This document shows positions 38,580-50,200 of a DNA stretch of 64,000 bases, one piece after another. Source of the DNA: Blepharisma stoltei ATCC 30299 (Eukaryota; Protista; Ciliophora); the NCBI GenBank assembly GCA_965603825.1, contig CBFDEM010000004.1, positions 186,001-250,000 of the forward strand, given 5' to 3'. Each line of letters opens with the position of its first letter. The stretch's first letter is position 1. A model generated the notes under the pieces. That model was given only the letters and a program-made list of their open reading frames with translations, ran no database searches and was not told the DNA's origin. Both the position numbers and the translations under genes were made by a program.

Positions 38580-39557
38580 ATGAATTTAATGCAAAGTTTA
38601 GCAAATTATATTATCAGGCCTCACCGAGAGATATACCAAGTATCCGATCTTGGCCACATCAAATTTTCATTAGGCAAAATAAACTACCAAAGAAAAGACT
38701 TTCAATTAGTAAGTACCAGAGGATATCTAAGATGCAGCTGGTTTGACTCAATAAAAGGAGATCCAAAAAAGTGCATAATATATTGTCACGGCAACTGCGG
38801 CTGTAGAATTGACTCTTTTGATATATTAGAACAAGTCCTCAAAGCAGGGATGTCATTAGTTTGCTTTGATTTTGGAGGCTGCGGGCTTTCTGATGGCAAC
38901 TATGTTACGTTAGGTCATTATGAAAAAAACGACATAAAAGTTGTTGTAGACTACGTGCAAGCAAGCGGAAAAGCAACATCTATAGGAATATGAGGAAGAA
39001 GCATGGGAGCAGTGGCTGCAATTCTATATTCAAATAGCACTGTAAATGCCCCACCTTTAGTTCTGGATTCTCCATTTTGCTGTCTGAGCGATGTTATTGA
39101 TGATATGGTAAAGCGGTATAAGCTAATACCAAACATGCTCAAAGATTTTATAATGGAAAAAATATCAAAGATCATTAAAGACACAGCTTTCTTTGATATA
39201 AACAGTATTATTCCTTTATCTGGGGTAGGAAAATGCCGCAATTCGGCTGTATTTATACATTCTTTTGAAGATAAACTTATAAATATCGAGCACTCACAAA
39301 AGTTATATAAAGAATGGGGTGGACCAAAACACTTTTTGACTGTAAGTGGGCAACACAATGCGATGAGAGATCCTGTAACGATTTTAAGATCTTTACAATT
39401 ATTAGAGCAGATGATGAATTTAGGAAGCAGTGAAGATGATGGCTCAGCCACTGAACGACGATGTCCTCCTGAGTTTTCGAAAAAGGTAAATAAAGTTATA
39501 CGACATAGGAGATATCAAAGCGAAGGTGAATCTCAAAAATTTGTACAAATTAAATAA
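38580..39557 (+). CDS. Alpha/beta-hydrolase (ABHD-like), 325 aa
   Basis: IIYCHGN, FDFGGCGLSDG, nucleophile GI(W=TGA)GRSMGA, LDSPF, HSFED, GQHN. Confidence 0.9.
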
Positions 39558-39558
39558 T

Positions 39559-40161
39559 TTATTTCTCAACTTTTTTCATTTCTCTAATCTGGGCTCGAAT
39601 TTCTGTTAAAAATTTTGGCTCCATAGGAACTGTAAGTGGCTTTACACTTTTCATAGGCTGAAGTGGGGGTGCATAATCTGGTAGTGGCCTTGCTTTAAAT
39701 TGTGTGCTTTTTCTAATATCTTCGATTTCTTTTATTTCTTTCTCTTTTTTAACTTTTTCTTCATCAATTTTTATTTTCTCTTTCAAAATTTTCATCATTT
39801 CATCATATTTTTCTCTTTTTGCATTTCTGATTTCACTATGGAGAGTTACGTTCATTGGCTTTGTGGTCTCCTTAGTGCTTACATGAATTGAAGGAGGTGG
39901 GAATTTTGGCATTGGGAGAGCTTTAAAAGGTTTTATTTGTTGCTTTTCTAATTTCAGTGGGTGGTGTTGTGATCTCTCAGCACAGTGATGAGGAATTCCT
40001 ATTAAATTTATATCGAGACTTTTAAGGGCAGATCTTGATGATTTATTTAATGATTGCATTGTAGCGCATGATTCTTCATCTATGAGCTTACGTTTCTTTG
40101 GGACTGAAAGGCATAGGCTGTTGTTTAGTTTTCTTTTAAAAGAAGAAGTTTCTTGTTCCAT
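39559..40161 (-). CDS. TPX2/WVD2-domain microtubule-binding protein, 200 aa
   Basis: FKALPMP, TLHSEIRNAKR, IRKSTQFKARPLP, PLTVPMEPKFLTEIRA. Confidence 0.82.
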   Translation of the reverse strand: MEQETSSFKRKLNNSLCLSVPKKRKLIDEESCATMQSLNKSSRSALKSLDINLIGIPHHCAERSQHHPLKLEKQQIKPFKALPMPKFPPPSIHVSTKETTKPMNVTLHSEIRNAKREKYDEMMKILKEKIKIDEEKVKKEKEIKEIEDIRKSTQFKARPLPDYAPPLQPMKSVKPLTVPMEPKFLTEIRAQIREMKKVEK

Positions 40162-40758
40162 TTTGAATTCAAATTACTTTCAACGTTAAATTTATATAGT
40201 CATTCTTAGAAAATATTTTTCAATTTTTTAGAAAATAAATCATTAATCAATATATTTAAAAAATATTGAAATTTAAAAATCTATTTAATATCGTGAGTTC
40301 CGTTTTATCTAATTTTTTTAGGCAATCTGGTTCTTATAAATAAATTTTGCAGCTATAATAAAAGTTGAGCAAGATAGTCTATTTATGTTTCTCTTTAGCG
40401 ATTTTATATAGCTTCCACATTGAAAAAATTTGATCTTAAGCATTATCCCTCTTCCCAATAAAATCTTATTTAATATTTTGGTTTATTACTCAAATCCTTT
40501 TTATAAATACAAATAATTTCTTTTTTTAGGATTTTCATTTTGCTCTGATTCCAAGCTAAAGCTGATTAATGATCTGTAGTTTAATAATCTTTTTAATACT
40601 CTCCCAAATACAAAAATTATGCATAGTGCTAAAAAGGCTATTCTATTATAGAATTGTATTCTTGTAAATTAAAAACTTTGAAGCTATATTTACTTTGTGA
40701 TATGCAAATAGAAAAAACTTCAATTAAAGCTTATCAAAATTAGCATAATTAATGTGCA

Positions 40759-41298
40759 CTAATACAAAGTTTTTTTAGATTTATATTCATAGCTTCTTTT
40801 TAATGTCACATCCGGTACAGCCAAACTTGGCAAGTTGATCCCCACTTGTATGCCATCAATTGAAGAACACGACGAAAGGATGCTTTCACAATTCGGTTTT
40901 GTAGGCTTGGCCTGCACTTCTCGTTTAGGTCCAATGATTTTTGGAACGAAAACGCTGTCGCTTATGCTATCTACAGTGCTTGTTGTTCTGTCTGAAATTT
41001 TTTCATGACTGACAATTCTCAGTAAGCTTTGCTCAGAAATACCTAAATCTTGTAGAATTCCTGAGTTAGGTAGAAGTTTATCATCCAGCATAAGCTGAAT
41101 TTTCTCACCTGGAAGCATTTGTTTCAGATGGGAAATGGTCATATCGAAAGTCACCTTCAAAGTGAAAATTTGATTGTTGGACTCGGAATAGACTGAAACC
41201 GTGTTCTTCCGCACGATACGCGTTCCTGCAGTTCCTGGGGTAGGCTTTATTCTTTGAGTGACATTAGGTGGGGTCTGGGTTGATGATGTCTGTCCCAT
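40759..41298 (-). CDS. Putative N-myristoylated ubiquitin-like-domain protein, 179 aa
   Basis: MGQTSS N-terminus; FTLKVTFDMTISHLK...LQDLGISEQSLLRIV UBL-like pattern. Confidence 0.65.
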   Translation of the reverse strand: MGQTSSTQTPPNVTQRIKPTPGTAGTRIVRKNTVSVYSESNNQIFTLKVTFDMTISHLKQMLPGEKIQLMLDDKLLPNSGILQDLGISEQSLLRIVSHEKISDRTTSTVDSISDSVFVPKIIGPKREVQAKPTKPNCESILSSCSSIDGIQVGINLPSLAVPDVTLKRSYEYKSKKTLY

Positions 41299-41740
41299 GA
41301 TTAGATAAATAAAATTAAAATTATTTTGAGCGAAGAAATATATAAATGAAATATTTTTTATTTGAGAAAATCATAAAATTGGAGAAATTATTTTGATTAT
41401 ATAAAATTAATACCTGGACTTAGCTGTATCATTATAATATCAAGCTTGCAGATTTAATTATTGACCGTGAATATTTTATTAGTTTATCCCATTTTTAGAT
41501 AAACCATTTTCTCATTATAATTTACTGAATATTCAAGCATAAAAAATCTTTTTTCCATATATTTTATATAAGCTGTCTACATATTTTATGACTTAATAAT
41601 CTCTGGCTTGTTATTCACACAATGATAGAAGGAGAATTTTTTATTTCTAATTGATTATTTTTTTCTATTTGCAGTCTCAATATTTGTTGCATTTTAATGT
41701 GTTCTAATTACGTAAATTCATATAAATTCAAAACATAAAC

Positions 41741-43144
41741 ATGGAAGAAGCATCAGAGACTTACCCTATCAAAATAAGAACTGTAGATGCTAATCAATTT
41801 GAGCTATATGTGACTTCAGACACTAAAGTGTCAGAATTAAAATCTATGATCAAATCTCAAACTCAAGTTCCTGAAGATCAGCAAAGAATTATTTACCGAG
41901 GTAAACTTTTAAAAAACTCAGATTCTATAAGCACATATAAGATTGATAGAGGGCACGTAATTCAGCTTGCAATTGGAAAAACTGCCCCAGAGCCTCCTCG
42001 TCAGGAAGAAGCAGAACCAATCTCAGATGCTTTAAATGACATTTTAAGACTAGCTTTAGAAACAAATCCGGCTTCCCTTTTGAACCGCAGACGAAGACGG
42101 TACCACAGAAGAAGAGAAATTGATACCAATGAAAGACTGGAAACAATCAAGCAGAATCTGCAAACCATTGAAGGCATGCTTCAGTCAATGAACACGACAG
42201 TAAATGAAGGAGAAGTCCAGTGTTTTGACAATAATCGACGGCAATTTTCAAAAGGCCAATGACTTGACGTAAAAGATACAGTTGACCAGTGACTTGAAGC
42301 GCAAATAATTGACATCCAAAACACTCCACAAGGGACAATGGCTTATTTTCACTACAATGGCTGGCCTACCCGATGGGACGAATGAATTAACACCTCATCT
42401 CCGAGAATTCAGCCTCTTCATTCTCATACGCTACAATCTATTGTATCACCTATGCACTCTCCATTCCCAGTAATTTCTCCAGATATTGAGAATATGCGTC
42501 CATCAGGCCCTTATGACATAAATGAATTTATTCTTCAGTCCTCCACACTTCTTGAGCAGCTAAAAGGTATGATGGAGCGCTATTATTCTTTAACCACAAT
42601 TCTTAGACATGAAAGAGCAGGTGAAAGAGTAAACCCAATAAGAGAAAGACTTAGCATGGTCGATAATCGGTATGAAGAAGAAAAAGATTGGTCACAAGAC
42701 CCACATGGCACGAACTCTGAGGCCACAATTGGAAGTGATATTGAAGACTCGTTTGGGATGGAGCTTGATGAAAGTTTTGGAAGCAGAGAAAACGAAATGA
42801 CGACAGAACAGGAATTAATGCTACTGACAGGGCAGCTAGCTCCACTGCTTGATAGAGCTGGGAGACTTTTAACTGATTTGGCAGCTGTTATTGGAGGAAC
42901 TGCTCAAAGACCTCCAGACGATGCAGTCTCAGTTTCGTCAAGCTTGGTCACAAATGAAAGTGGAATTAGCAGCAATAGTGCAAGAGCGCCTCTGCAGATT
43001 CCTGTGATGCCTACACCGAGCGAACTTGCAGCAATAAATCCAAGGGTATTTGGGCCGGATATTGATATTCATATTCATGCGGTTTTCCCACAAAGAGCAC
43101 AAGAGGAAGAAGAAAGAACTCCTTGTTGGAGGCAGCTCTCATAA
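41741..43144 (+). CDS. Ubiquitin-like + MBT/Agenet(Tudor)-like protein, 467 aa
   Basis: KVSELK...VPEDQQRIIYRGKLL (UBL); FSKGQ(W)LDVKDTVDQ(W)LEAQI...HYNGWPTRWDE(W)I, revealed by TGA=W. Confidence 0.85.
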
Positions 43145-43224
43145 TTTGCTAATCTAATAAAGTTTTATGAATTGTATTGGATACTGATAAAAGCATAATG
43201 AGAATAATTAAATTATATGCAGTT

Positions 43225-44229
43225 TTAAGTCACATCAGTCAAAATTTCAACATGATGGTTGAATTTTTCTTCTTTATTTTCCTTCTTTATTTCTAATATT
43301 TTGATCCCTTTTTTGGCTTTATTTCTATAATCTTCATTAAATTTTTTTAGGATGCCTTTATATTTTAAAGGTTGTCATGGGCTAATTTTGTTGCATTCAT
43401 TTGCATTTATTATTGAACCAATTTTAATATCGATATTGATTTCGCTGCTTTGGCAAGCTGCTCCACTAATTGGCATAGGTGTTAAAGCCTTTTCTACATT
43501 ATTTGAATTTGCAGTTTTTCGGAGGCTTCGGTTTGGTGTGAAGGCATTACGAATGAAGTAGTTCTTTGGGATATGCTTTCCTGCCAAAGAAAGTGAGGGT
43601 TGGTTTACAGATAATGAATAGTCATTATGCTGGGATTTTGTATCTTTATGACTGCTTTTATCAAATGTCTTAGAGAAATTATCAAAAAGCTCAATTTTAA
43701 GCTGATCTAACTCATTTTCTTGAATTTCAAAATTAAAACTCACAGCTTCTCTATCTTGATCAGAGATAATTTCAGGTTCATTTAATGTGCTGTTACACAT
43801 ATCAGTTTTTGGCTCATTATCGTTTGGAGTAACACTAGGCGGACTGATGCTGACTCTATTTATTAGTTCAATAGGAGGCAATGAAGTAATAGTGTTGTTT
43901 TCTAGATAATCCTTAAACTGATCATTTACTAATGATCTTATCAAATTGTTGCTGTACTTCGTTCTATATCCTTTTGGAGTAATATTTCTACTTCTATTAG
44001 AAGGAGTTGCTCTGGCATTAGTTTTTGCTTTGGCTGCTTCTACCAATAGTTGGGTATCAGCAGTTTTTTTCGATTTTTCTACTGTAAAATATCACTTTTT
44101 CCTTAAATTTCTTGCCTTTTCTTGGCTTGGCGTGCCCCCAGAAGAAACACTTAGCCTTCTTCAAGGAATTCAAGGAGTGCCCGGCTTAACTTTATTTGTT
44201 GAGCTAGGATAATAATGAAGACTAGTCAT
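43225..44229 (-). CDS. Hypothetical low-complexity protein, 334 aa
   Basis: ATG 44229; four TGA=W; TAA at 43225-43227. Confidence 0.65.
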
Positions 44230-44292
44230 TGAAAATTCTAATTTTACAACAATTTCTACTTATAAACCCATTTTAAATAACCAATAAATTAT

Positions 44293-47200
44293 TTACTTCT
44301 TGACAGGATCGCCGAGACCTTCAACATCCATAATCATAGCGACACCAGCTAGCACCCATTTAGCAGCAGGGAATTTAGGAGTTCTAAGCTGTGCAGTAAA
44401 GACATAGGTGTTTCCTCTGTTTTCAGTCTTATACACAGGACAGTAGAAAGTGTTTCTATCTTCTCTTCCATCTCCTACAATTGCAGCTTTACAGTTGACG
44501 ACTGGTAACGGGCAGAACATTTCTTTAGGCTTGGATTCTTCTATTTGTCCATTTGTTAAGTCCCATCTAGCACCATCAAGGTTAAGTCCAGTGACGAACG
44601 CGCCATCTCTTGGAGGGTCTTCGATTTCGTGCTCAAATCTCTTTGTAATATCAGTTTGGATGTATAGCTTGTTAAGCTCAGATTGGGTTTTTCTTGCATG
44701 GAATTGTTTGACGGCTGTTAAAAATGATTGAGGATTGAACAGCCTTGCAACATTAGTGACTTTAGGAACGCTATTAGGGTCATCTTTCCAACTGGATAGC
44801 TGCTCAACACGAGCTTGCAAGTTTATAAGCCAAGAAGGTAATCCTCTGCAGGATGGGTAGGCTAGATCAACCCATGTTTGTGGGACTCTTCCCAAGACTA
44901 AGCTATCTATTGTTTGTTCCATCTTTTCTGTAGGCGTGAGCTCACCTTTGAGTGCTAATTCAATTTCTTGTAGGCTTCTAAGCATTTCAAATAGCAGGTA
45001 GTTCATGTATTCGCATTCTTGTAAAAAGACATTGGTGAAGCAAATTCTTTCATCGCCTTCAGCAACCTTGCTTTTGATATCATCTAGGTCGAATTTCATA
45101 TTTTCAAGGTTCATATCTGTTAAGATATGGTCGACAACTTCATGGGCAATTTCGTTTTTAGTTCGTGCTGAGGAATCTTCACCTGATGCTTCATCTTTTG
45201 GAGCCAATTCAAGGAGGGTGGAGAATAAGAAATTGCCTTGGGCAGTTCTGAAGCCAATTTCTGCGTTTGGATGCATGCCGAATGCAATTGGAGTTTCTGC
45301 TGGGAATTTTTCATCGATGTATTCAATGTATTTAGCGTAATCTGTTGGAGGAGGAGATTTGAACGATGCTGTTTTTCCGTCTGAGAATGGGAAAAGCTCA
45401 GTTTCATCTAGAAGAGCATTATCCATAAGATTGGCTAAGTAAGCTCTGCAGAGTTTCCTATCCCATTCATCAACAATGTGGCCTCCATACATAATTTCAC
45501 CGAAAATGTATCTTAAATCTTCCCATGGTATCTTAGTGCCACCTTGTGAGTTTTCGAAATAGTTAAGCAAGACCAGTGAAGAATCACGAAGATCTCCCAT
45601 GTTAAACGGATATCTCATATTCCATCCTTTAGCGCCGAACTTCCTTCTTTCTACCACAGTTGCATGGAAGAAGCAAAGGCCGAAAATGATCGATCTTACT
45701 CTAGGGTCACGTTCATTGAATTCATCTTTATTAAACTGTGCAAACGCTCTCTTGAGATTTGCTTTCATTCCTTGTGGAGGCTCATTAGTCAGTTTAATTG
45801 ATCTATCAAGAATGCCGATTGGGATATCATCTGATGGCTCAGCTGAAAGAAACAGTCTGAATGAAATATTTGAACCTTCTGATTGGAATGCATCAAGCTT
45901 CTTTTCAAGCAGCATCAGCCACTTAGGCATCAGATGAATATTCTGCAAGATAACCCAGTGTCCTTCTTTGTGTCCCATTTCTAAGCATTTCATAGCGAGC
46001 AGCTCAGTGCCTTCACCCATAGCTACGTTCCAGTAATTTTTGCCTTCTTCAATGCCTCTTTTCTTTCCGATTTTTTCGACATCTGCAACAGGATCAGTTC
46101 CAGGGCTTAAAATGAAGAAGATTGGAGTAGTGTTTGTGGCATCTTCTAAGACGTTTTCTAATATGTCCATAAAGCTGCATCCTTGGTCAATATCTACATA
46201 GCTGTTTCCATTAGGCAAAGCGTCTCTAATCCAGTTGCTGACTGCAGTGGTAAGACGATCAGGTCTTAAACATCTTAATACAAGGAGTTTCTGGAATGGA
46301 GTATTGTTGAGTCTCTTCCAGTCTAATGGCAAGTTGGCTACTTCAGGCTGCAAGTCATTGAACCACTCTTTGAATCTGGTTGGAGCATCCTTGTCCATAT
46401 TCGTTGCAAGATTTTGGAATTCTTCAATTTCAATCAGTTTCTGCACAGAGAACCAAGCAATGTCTGGGAGCCAGTCAAGGGACTGTGGCTTCTCTACGTT
46501 AGCTTTAATTGGGCATTTAAGCAAGAAGCTGACCATCTGAGGGTCATAAGGAGTGTCAATTACTCCTTTTTGCATAAGTCTCAATGTAATTTGGGTTAAA
46601 AAGATCTGTTTGTGCTTTTCAAAGAGTCCTCTACTTACCCACTGATAAATTGTGCTTCTTATATTTTCTCTCAAACTAACCACACGCTGATCGATTTCTT
46701 CAAAGTGAGGAGTCTTATCTACAGCTTTCAACAAGAAAGTCAAGAAGCTTTCTAGTGAGTATTGGTACATATGGTCCACAACGCATAAGGAGATAATCAA
46801 GAAATAAAGCATTGCGCCTTCTCCAGCTACTCTTCTGTAGACATCTCTGGCTTCATTGATTTGTACTTCAGTTTTTTGAGCTTGTATTGTTTGCTGTTTG
46901 ATATCTTCAGAGTAAACTTTAGTTTTTTCGAGGCCTACAATAAGTTCAGTGTTGGATAAGATAGTGTTTGGATCAGCTGAAGAAAGGTTGGTTAATAAGG
47001 ATTCTTCTAAGTCTGCTAGAATGACTTTGAATTCGTTTTGCCTTTTCACTAGATCTTGCTTGGATTTTTCAAGTTCTGGCTTTTCGAGGTTCACGACAGT
47101 AGCTAGTAATTGGTCTTCTAAGCCGCTTTCAGTGACGATAAAGTTGATAATTGTGCATTGGGCTGCAATTTCAGGACGATAGTGAGGATTTGACAGCTTA

Positions 47201-50200
47201 GTCTGTAAATACAGCTTGAAGCTTGGGTTGTACTCGATTTCTTCAGCGCCAAGCTTGATCAATAAGGTGCTTTTACCCTTTTTAATGATAGCTCTTGCCA
47301 AGAGAGGCTCAAGGATCGCATCAATTTCTTGGCCAATGCTCTCAATCATGACTGTGCGACCTAGCTGAATGCAGCTTTCTAGCTTAGTGACCCATCTTTC
47401 TTGTGAGAACTGAATGACTTCCAGTTCTTCTCCATGCATACCTCTGATCCATTTCGAGCCTTGTAGCTGAGGATCAATAATAAGTGGCCACCTAGAGCAG
47501 CTGGTAACGATAGCTGCGTTTTCAATTGACATTCTGTCTGCAGGCAAGCCAAAGTTTTTCCATTTAGCTTCATCAGACTCAGTACAAAGTACTCTCAATG
47601 GGTCTACACCTTGAGTGAAGCTGATTTCTCTTGTGTTGATGTTAGGAAGCCAGGTTTCTTGCCACAAGTTAAGTCTAAGCCACGCAGAGAAAGGCCCAAT
47701 GTATGAGACGAAAGCAGAGGCAAGTAGTGCGTCTCCCAGCACAGTGATCATATCTTCTTTGAACTTGGCAATGTTTTCGTTCCACCTGGTATTTTCGCTT
47801 CCAAGACCTCCTACAAGTCTTTTAGCTAGCTCAAGCTTCGTTTTGCACTCATTTGCTTCTCTTTCGACTTTCTCACTTAAAGCTACAGCTGCAGCAAGCT
47901 GCTGTTGCAAACCTTCGACAGTATCAGTTGCAGCTTTCACTTTAGCTCTGGCCCCGCTTAATTCTTGTTCTTTTTGGGCGACTTCAGCTTCTGCTTTATC
48001 TTTGGTGTCCATAAGTGGCTTAACTTTCTTGTAAATCCTGTTATACTCTACCACATTGACGACCCACGCACAAAGGTAAGATGCGGCTTTAGACTTGGAA
48101 GACATTTCTTCAAAAGTGAAATGAGGTAGGACGATGATTGGCCTGACAAGGTCCAATATCCCTTCATCAATATGCTCCTTGTCAAAAACTCCGATTTCTT
48201 CAATGAACTTTGGAGGGTTCGCCATCATTTTCTGGGCGTTTGGCCATCCGAGGTTCTTCTTTTCAGACTTAAGCAGCAACAACACAGCTTTGGTGACATC
48301 AAGAACTGCCAAAGGAGGCTTCGGGAGGGCTTTAAGTTCTTGGATTGATGTTTTGTCAAGACAGTCCACAGCTGCTTTGGCGCGCTCCATAGCAGGCTTG
48401 GCTTCTTCTAGTTCTTTTTCAGCTTGGGCTTTGAGTTCATTAGCTCTCATGGAGAGTGCTAAAGCGATTTCTTCTTCTCCTGAGGCGTCAGCCATTTCTT
48501 TATCGGCGACAGCTTTTGCAGCAGTGACTTGTGTGATGAGTTTTGCAGTGTCCTCTTGTTTTTCTTTGACTTCTTCCATTTTGACGTCTAGATCTTTCTT
48601 TAAGTTCTCGACCTTTCCTTGTGTTTGTGACAGAATGTCAAGACCAGTTCTGAGTCTTTCTATTGATTTATCAAGGGCTGATCTTTTGATTCTTAGCAAG
48701 CTCTTGAAGAAATCAATGAGTTCTAAGAAAGATTTTGGAGTGGTGTAGTTGTTTCTTCTTTCTCGCTGTAAGAACACTTGATTTGCATCGTTAACTGAGA
48801 CGTGGACATCAGCCATGTAGTTTGCCATGTTCATTCTCATTTCATCGCTACTGACGTCTACTTCTTTTAAGAAAGTAAAACCGACATCTATAAGGGCTTC
48901 TCGAGGCCAAGGGTGGAACCAATCTACCAATGTACAACTGATGAGCCCAGGGAACTTACGAGCTCTTTTTCTGAATAAGTCTCCTACAGGTGAGAAACAG
49001 AGTACAATATGTAGATTTCGTCTTGCTTTGTCAATAAAGTACTGCAGCATTTGGTCTGGGGAGTCTACGAGTACTCCTGCACTTTTGGCTTCATTTTTCA
49101 AGCTTTGGAATATCGCATCGAGCTCATCTCTATCAAAAAGATCTTGGACGTATCCAGAACTGAGCATATCATTGATGTAAATGAGGAACCTTTCGTCTTG
49201 GATTTGAGTGTCAGTGATAATGAACATGCAAGGTGTCCCACCTGCTTTGACTCCAGCTTTCTTGTACATTTCTTGGATATCAGTCTTGAAATCGTTCATC
49301 GTGTATTTGTCAGATACCAAAATCTGTATGACGTCATAGCCGAGAATAAAGCTTGCAAGTCTTGAAAGGGACTGTTTTCCTGAACCACCAACTCCAATAA
49401 GTAAGGCGTTTCCTGCTGGCATGTCAATGATTCTTGCAATTCTGCAGACATGCTCCATAGCGATGTCGAACAGCACAAGGTTCATTTGGGCGTTGTTTTC
49501 GTTGTATTCGTTAAGCTTCTCTTCAAGAACTCTTTTAAGTTGAGCCATATCTTTGATAGGGAGATAAGCTTTGTCTGAAGAATGACCGCTGACGAAAGAT
49601 GTGTAGATATTTGGAGTAACCCTTATTTCGGTGCCAATGTCTTCTTCAAATCTCTTGGAGATGTTGTTGATGTAGTCAAGATATAAGGAGTTATCAGAAT
49701 CTGTTATAAGTCTGTCTATGAAGGTTCTATCACATTCGTGGATCCAAAGCCTAACAAACTTATCTGGCGAGCCTCTATAAAGACTTGGAGAACTTTGCAT
49801 GATCCCTGCAATAATTCTTGAGATATCTCTTAAGTTGAACTGATAATGGAATTTCTTTGCTGAAGGAGAAAACTCTGGGTTGTCAGTGATTTTCTTGAAA
49901 AGTTCAATGGTGGCTTGGATAATTTTGTCGCCAAGTTTGGAAATAGAATTGTCAAAGTTTGCTAAATGGCCACCAAGAATGCTCTTATAAATCTGTGTTA
50001 AAATTTCATTGGTTGGCAGATAAGTAGCAAAAGTCGTGAAATGTCTCTGAAGCCTCGTATCAACTGTGAATGAGCCTGACTTGGGGTTCATGCAAGCCAT
50101 GAATTGCACATCTTTAAGCCTCTTCTGTTCTTCTAAATGGTCTCTGTCGTACATTTGGTTATAATTAAGCAGCTGGATGATAAATGCAATCGGCGACTGT

